From contig JBGTBM010000010.1 of the NCBI GenBank assembly GCA_041749335.1, positions 142,039 to 206,038 of the forward strand: DNA of 64,000 nt, read 5' to 3'. Positions 59,784 to 64,000 of the stretch are shown here, piece by piece. A model generated the notes under the pieces. It worked only from the letters and a program-made list of their open reading frames with translations, was not told the origin of the DNA and made no database searches. Each line of letters opens with the position of its first letter. Within the stretch, counting starts at the first letter, position 1. A program made the position numbers and the translations under genes. The stretch is from Patescibacteria group bacterium (GTDB lineage Bacteria > Patescibacteriota > JABMPQ01).

Positions 59784-61277
59784 ATGTCAACAAACTCAAT
59801 TATAGAGGAACTTAAAAAAAATATTTCCTCTTTCAAAAAAGAAACTGCCCAAGAAGAAATTGGTACGGTCGTAGAAGTAGGAGATGGAATTGCTCGCTTA
59901 CAAGGTTTAAACAATTGCCAAGCTAGCGAAATGTTGGAATTTTCCGGCGGTACCTATGGAATGGCTTTAAATCTTGAAGAAGAAACTGTAGGTTCAGTGT
60001 TACTTGGTGAATACGAACATATAAAAGAAGGTGACACGGTTAAGCGAACCGGCAGAATTCTTTCGGTGCCAGTCGACGAAGAATTAATCGGCCGAGTAAT
60101 TAATCCGCTTGGCCAACCAATTGATGGTGGCCCGGAATTAAAAATTAAAAAATTTTATCCGATTGAAAAAATTGCCCCGGGAGTAATTACCAGAGAACCA
60201 GTCAGCCAGCCGGTACAAACAGGAATCAAAGCAATTGATGCCATGATTCCGATCGGACGAGGACAGCGAGAATTAATTATCGGCGATCGGCAGACCGGTA
60301 AAACAGCAATCGCAATTGATACGATCATCAACCAAAAAGGGCAAAACATGATTTGCATTTACGTAGCTATCGGCCAGAAGGAATCAAAAATTGCTCATTT
60401 GGTAGCAAAACTAAAGGAAGCAGGAGCGATGGACTACACTATTGTAGTGGTCGCTGGTGCTTCTCAACCTGCCTCCCTTTCTTATATTGCTCCCTATGCC
60501 GGCGTGGCTATTGCGGAATATTTTATGGACCAGGGCAAAGATGTTTTATGTATTTATGATGATCTCTCAAAACAAGCCTGGGCATATCGAGAAATTTCTT
60601 TATTATTGCGCCGCCCTCCCGGACGCGAAGCTTATCCCGGGGACGTTTTTTACTTGCATTCACGCCTATTGGAGCGCGCTTGCCGACGCAATAAAGAATC
60701 TGGCGGCGGCTCAATTACCGCTCTACCGATTATTGAAACGCAAGCCGGAGATGTTACTGCCTATATTCCTACTAATGTGATATCGATTACCGACGGACAA
60801 ATTTTTCTAGAAACCGACCTTTTTTATCGCGGCATCAGACCCGCTCTTAATGTTGGAATTTCTGTTTCCCGCGTTGGCGGCGCCGCCCAAATTAAACCGA
60901 TGAAAAAGGTGGCCGGAAAATTAAAATTAACCATGGCGCAATTCCGCGAACTGGAAGCTTTTGCCCAATTTGCCAGCGATCTTGATCCGGAAACCAAAAT
61001 GCAGATTGAACGCGGACAAAGAATTACCGAACTGCTGAAACAACCGCAATATTATCCTCTACCCGTCGAACATCAGGTAGCTGCTATTTTTGCCGTTGAT
61101 AATGGCTTTTTTGACCAGATAGAGCTTAAAAATATTTCTGCCGCCGAGAAAAATTTGATTGAATTTATGGAAAAAACTAAGCGGTCTTTATTAGATAAAA
61201 TCGCCCAGGGAGAATGGGATGATAAAATCGAACAAAATTTAAAGGACGCTTGTCAAGAATTTATTAAAAGCAATTAA
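59784..61277 (+). CDS. atpA: F0F1 ATP synthase subunit alpha.
   Basis: P-loop [11 protein letters not shown]. ..[16 protein letters not shown].. region. Confidence 0.97.
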   Translation: MSTNSIIEELKKNISSFKKETAQEEIGTVVEVGDGIARLQGLNNCQASEMLEFSGGTYGMALNLEEETVGSVLLGEYEHIKEGDTVKRTGRILSVPVDEELIGRVINPLGQPIDGGPELKIKKFYPIEKIAPGVITREPVSQPVQTGIKAIDAMIPIGRGQRELIIGDRQTGKTAIAIDTIINQKGQNMICIYVAIGQKESKIAHLVAKLKEAGAMDYTIVVVAGASQPASLSYIAPYAGVAIAEYFMDQGKDVLCIYDDLSKQAWAYREISLLLRRPPGREAYPGDVFYLHSRLLERACRRNKESGGGSITALPIIETQAGDVTAYIPTNVISITDGQIFLETDLFYRGIRPALNVGISVSRVGGAAQIKPMKKVAGKLKLTMAQFRELEAFAQFASDLDPETKMQIERGQRITELLKQPQYYPLPVEHQVAAIFAVDNGFFDQIELKNISAAEKNLIEFMEKTKRSLLDKIAQGEWDDKIEQNLKDACQEFIKSN

Positions 61278-61279
61278 AT

Positions 61280-62236
61280 ATGGCTGTTAATACTAAAGCA
61301 ATAAAAAGACGGCTGCGTTCCGTCGGCAGCACAAAAAAGATTACCAAAGCCATGGAAATGGTTGCTGCTGCTAAAATGCGCAAGGCAGTCAATGCCGCTT
61401 TGGAAACACGCACCTATGCTAAATTGGCTTGGGATCTTTTAGTTAGCCTATCTAAAACCCAAAAAGCAGCTATCCCCCTTTTGCAAGTTAGGCCGGTAAA
61501 TAAATTATTAATTATTTTAGTAACATCTAACCGCGGCTTATGCGGAAGCTTTAACGCGAATATCATCCGAAAAACTGCCAAGCAATTAGAAGATCCCCGC
61601 CTAATAAGCCGGCACCGAATTAAAAATCAAGATATTTCTCCCGCTAGCAAAGAAATTGACGTAGATATTATCGGGATTGGCAAAAAAGGTGCAGATTTCG
61701 CTAAAAAGACCGGTAATAATTTGATAGCTTCTTTTACTAATTTATCCGACACTCCTAAACTTAACGATGTTTATCCAATAAGCCACTTAGCTATCCAAAA
61801 ATACTCTGATCAAAAATACGATAAAGTTATTGTAGCTTATACTGAATTTTATTCAGCGATATCGCAAATTGCAAAATTACGTCAAGTTTTACCTATATCC
61901 GAAAATGATTTGGAAAAAATGATAACTGATATAGATAATACCGAATCGAAATTACAGCCGGCAGAAACTGATTATTTAGAAGATTTTTTATTTGAACCTA
62001 GCCGTCAGGAAGTACTAAAAACAATTTTGCCTCGCCTGGTGGAAACACAAATATACCAAGCATTATTGGAATCAGCCGCGAGCGAGCACAGCGCGCGAAT
62101 GCTAGCTATGCGTAATGCCAATGAAGCGGCGGAAGATATGGTTGAAGAATTAAATCTGCATTACAATAAAGCGCGCCAAGCAATAATTACCAGAGAAATC
62201 GCGGAAATTGCCAGTGGAGCAGCCGCTTTAGAATAA
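61280..62236 (+). CDS. atpG: F0F1 ATP synthase subunit gamma.
   Basis: N-terminal IKRRLRSV..KITKAMEMVAAAKMRKA and C-terminal ..ITREIAEI.. motifs. Confidence 0.9.
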   Translation: MAVNTKAIKRRLRSVGSTKKITKAMEMVAAAKMRKAVNAALETRTYAKLAWDLLVSLSKTQKAAIPLLQVRPVNKLLIILVTSNRGLCGSFNANIIRKTAKQLEDPRLISRHRIKNQDISPASKEIDVDIIGIGKKGADFAKKTGNNLIASFTNLSDTPKLNDVYPISHLAIQKYSDQKYDKVIVAYTEFYSAISQIAKLRQVLPISENDLEKMITDIDNTESKLQPAETDYLEDFLFEPSRQEVLKTILPRLVETQIYQALLESAASEHSARMLAMRNANEAAEDMVEELNLHYNKARQAIITREIAEIASGAAALE

Positions 62237-63631
<1,395 letters not shown>

Positions 63632-63647
63632 TTTTTATTATTATTTT

Positions 63648-64000
63648 ATGAAAAGTTTAAAAATAAAAATTGCTACGCCTGAAAGAATTGTTTACGAGAA
63701 TGATATTTTTCAAGCAACCATTCCAACTCAAAACGGAGAAATTACCATATTGCCGAATCACATTCCCCTAGTATCAGTTTTACGAGCAGGAGAGCTAATG
63801 ATTAAAGATAAGAATGGCGAACAAATTTTAGCCTTAGCCGGTGGTTTCTTGGAAATAAAAAATAATAATGAAATAACTATCCTCGCGGACAATATTGAAC
63901 GAGTAGAAGAAATTGACATCGCGCGCGCTGAAGAAGCGAGAAAAAGAGCAGAGGAACAAATGAAAGGATCTAAAGATGCTCAAGAGGTTGATTTTGCCCG
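63648..64000 (+). CDS. atpC: F0F1 ATP synthase subunit epsilon, 3'-partial at the window edge.
   Basis: The ATG at 63648 opens MKSLKIKIATPERIVYEND..TILPNHIPLVSVL (epsilon beta-sandwich), which continues to the window end. Confidence 0.75.
   Translation, partial: MKSLKIKIATPERIVYENDIFQATIPTQNGEITILPNHIPLVSVLRAGELMIKDKNGEQILALAGGFLEIKNNNEITILADNIERVEEIDIARAEEARKRAEEQMKGSKDAQEVDFA

Overview
This is a low-GC (~35%), gene-dense window that resembles a Candidate Phyla Radiation (CPR)/Patescibacteria-type small genome. The standard genetic code applies: TGA, TAA and TAG all end conserved genes. The left edge (<1..~3990) is the right end of an integrated mobile element with a TOPRIM/P-loop primase-helicase, a Cys-rich Zn-ribbon protein and a large serine recombinase. 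The recombinase's 3' end overlaps and rebuilds the 3' end of tRNA-Lys(UUU). The core is housekeeping: a CIRCE-controlled hrcA-grpE-hsp20-dnaK-dnaJ operon and a truncated dcw cluster (mraZ-rsmH-ftsL-ftsI-murF). It also holds rplJ-rplL, mevalonate-pathway genes (mvaD plus a GHMP kinase) next to uppS, trxB, cca, relA/spoT, parAB, glyA, tsaC, a glmU N-domain, dprA, topA and a complete atpZBEFHAGDC operon running off the right edge. Seven tRNAs are present: Lys, Glu, Leu, Trp, Thr, Tyr, plus one tRNA-like fragment. Several items deserve a second look:
- a sortase gene next to rplJL and a tandem array of three paralogous Cys/Tyr/Gly-rich secreted proteins that share a non-LPXTG tripartite C-terminal signal (VPE[L/F] + TM + RNKK);
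- a ~1.4 kb gene with sharply foreign (~65% GC) composition encoding a multi-Zn-ribbon coiled-coil protein, flanked by an ~880-bp gene-free AT-rich stretch holding a consensus sigma70 promoter, a structured leader and an SD-led 24-codon ORF;
- small GC-rich CCCGC-N-GCGGG hairpin elements that recur next to tRNAs together with partial tRNA duplications;
- an MFS transporter split by a single in-frame TAG;
- a pair of secreted FG-GAP/C39-like peptidase-domain proteins;
- a ~97-bp nested palindrome upstream of the serine recombinase.
No CRISPR arrays or rRNA genes were found.
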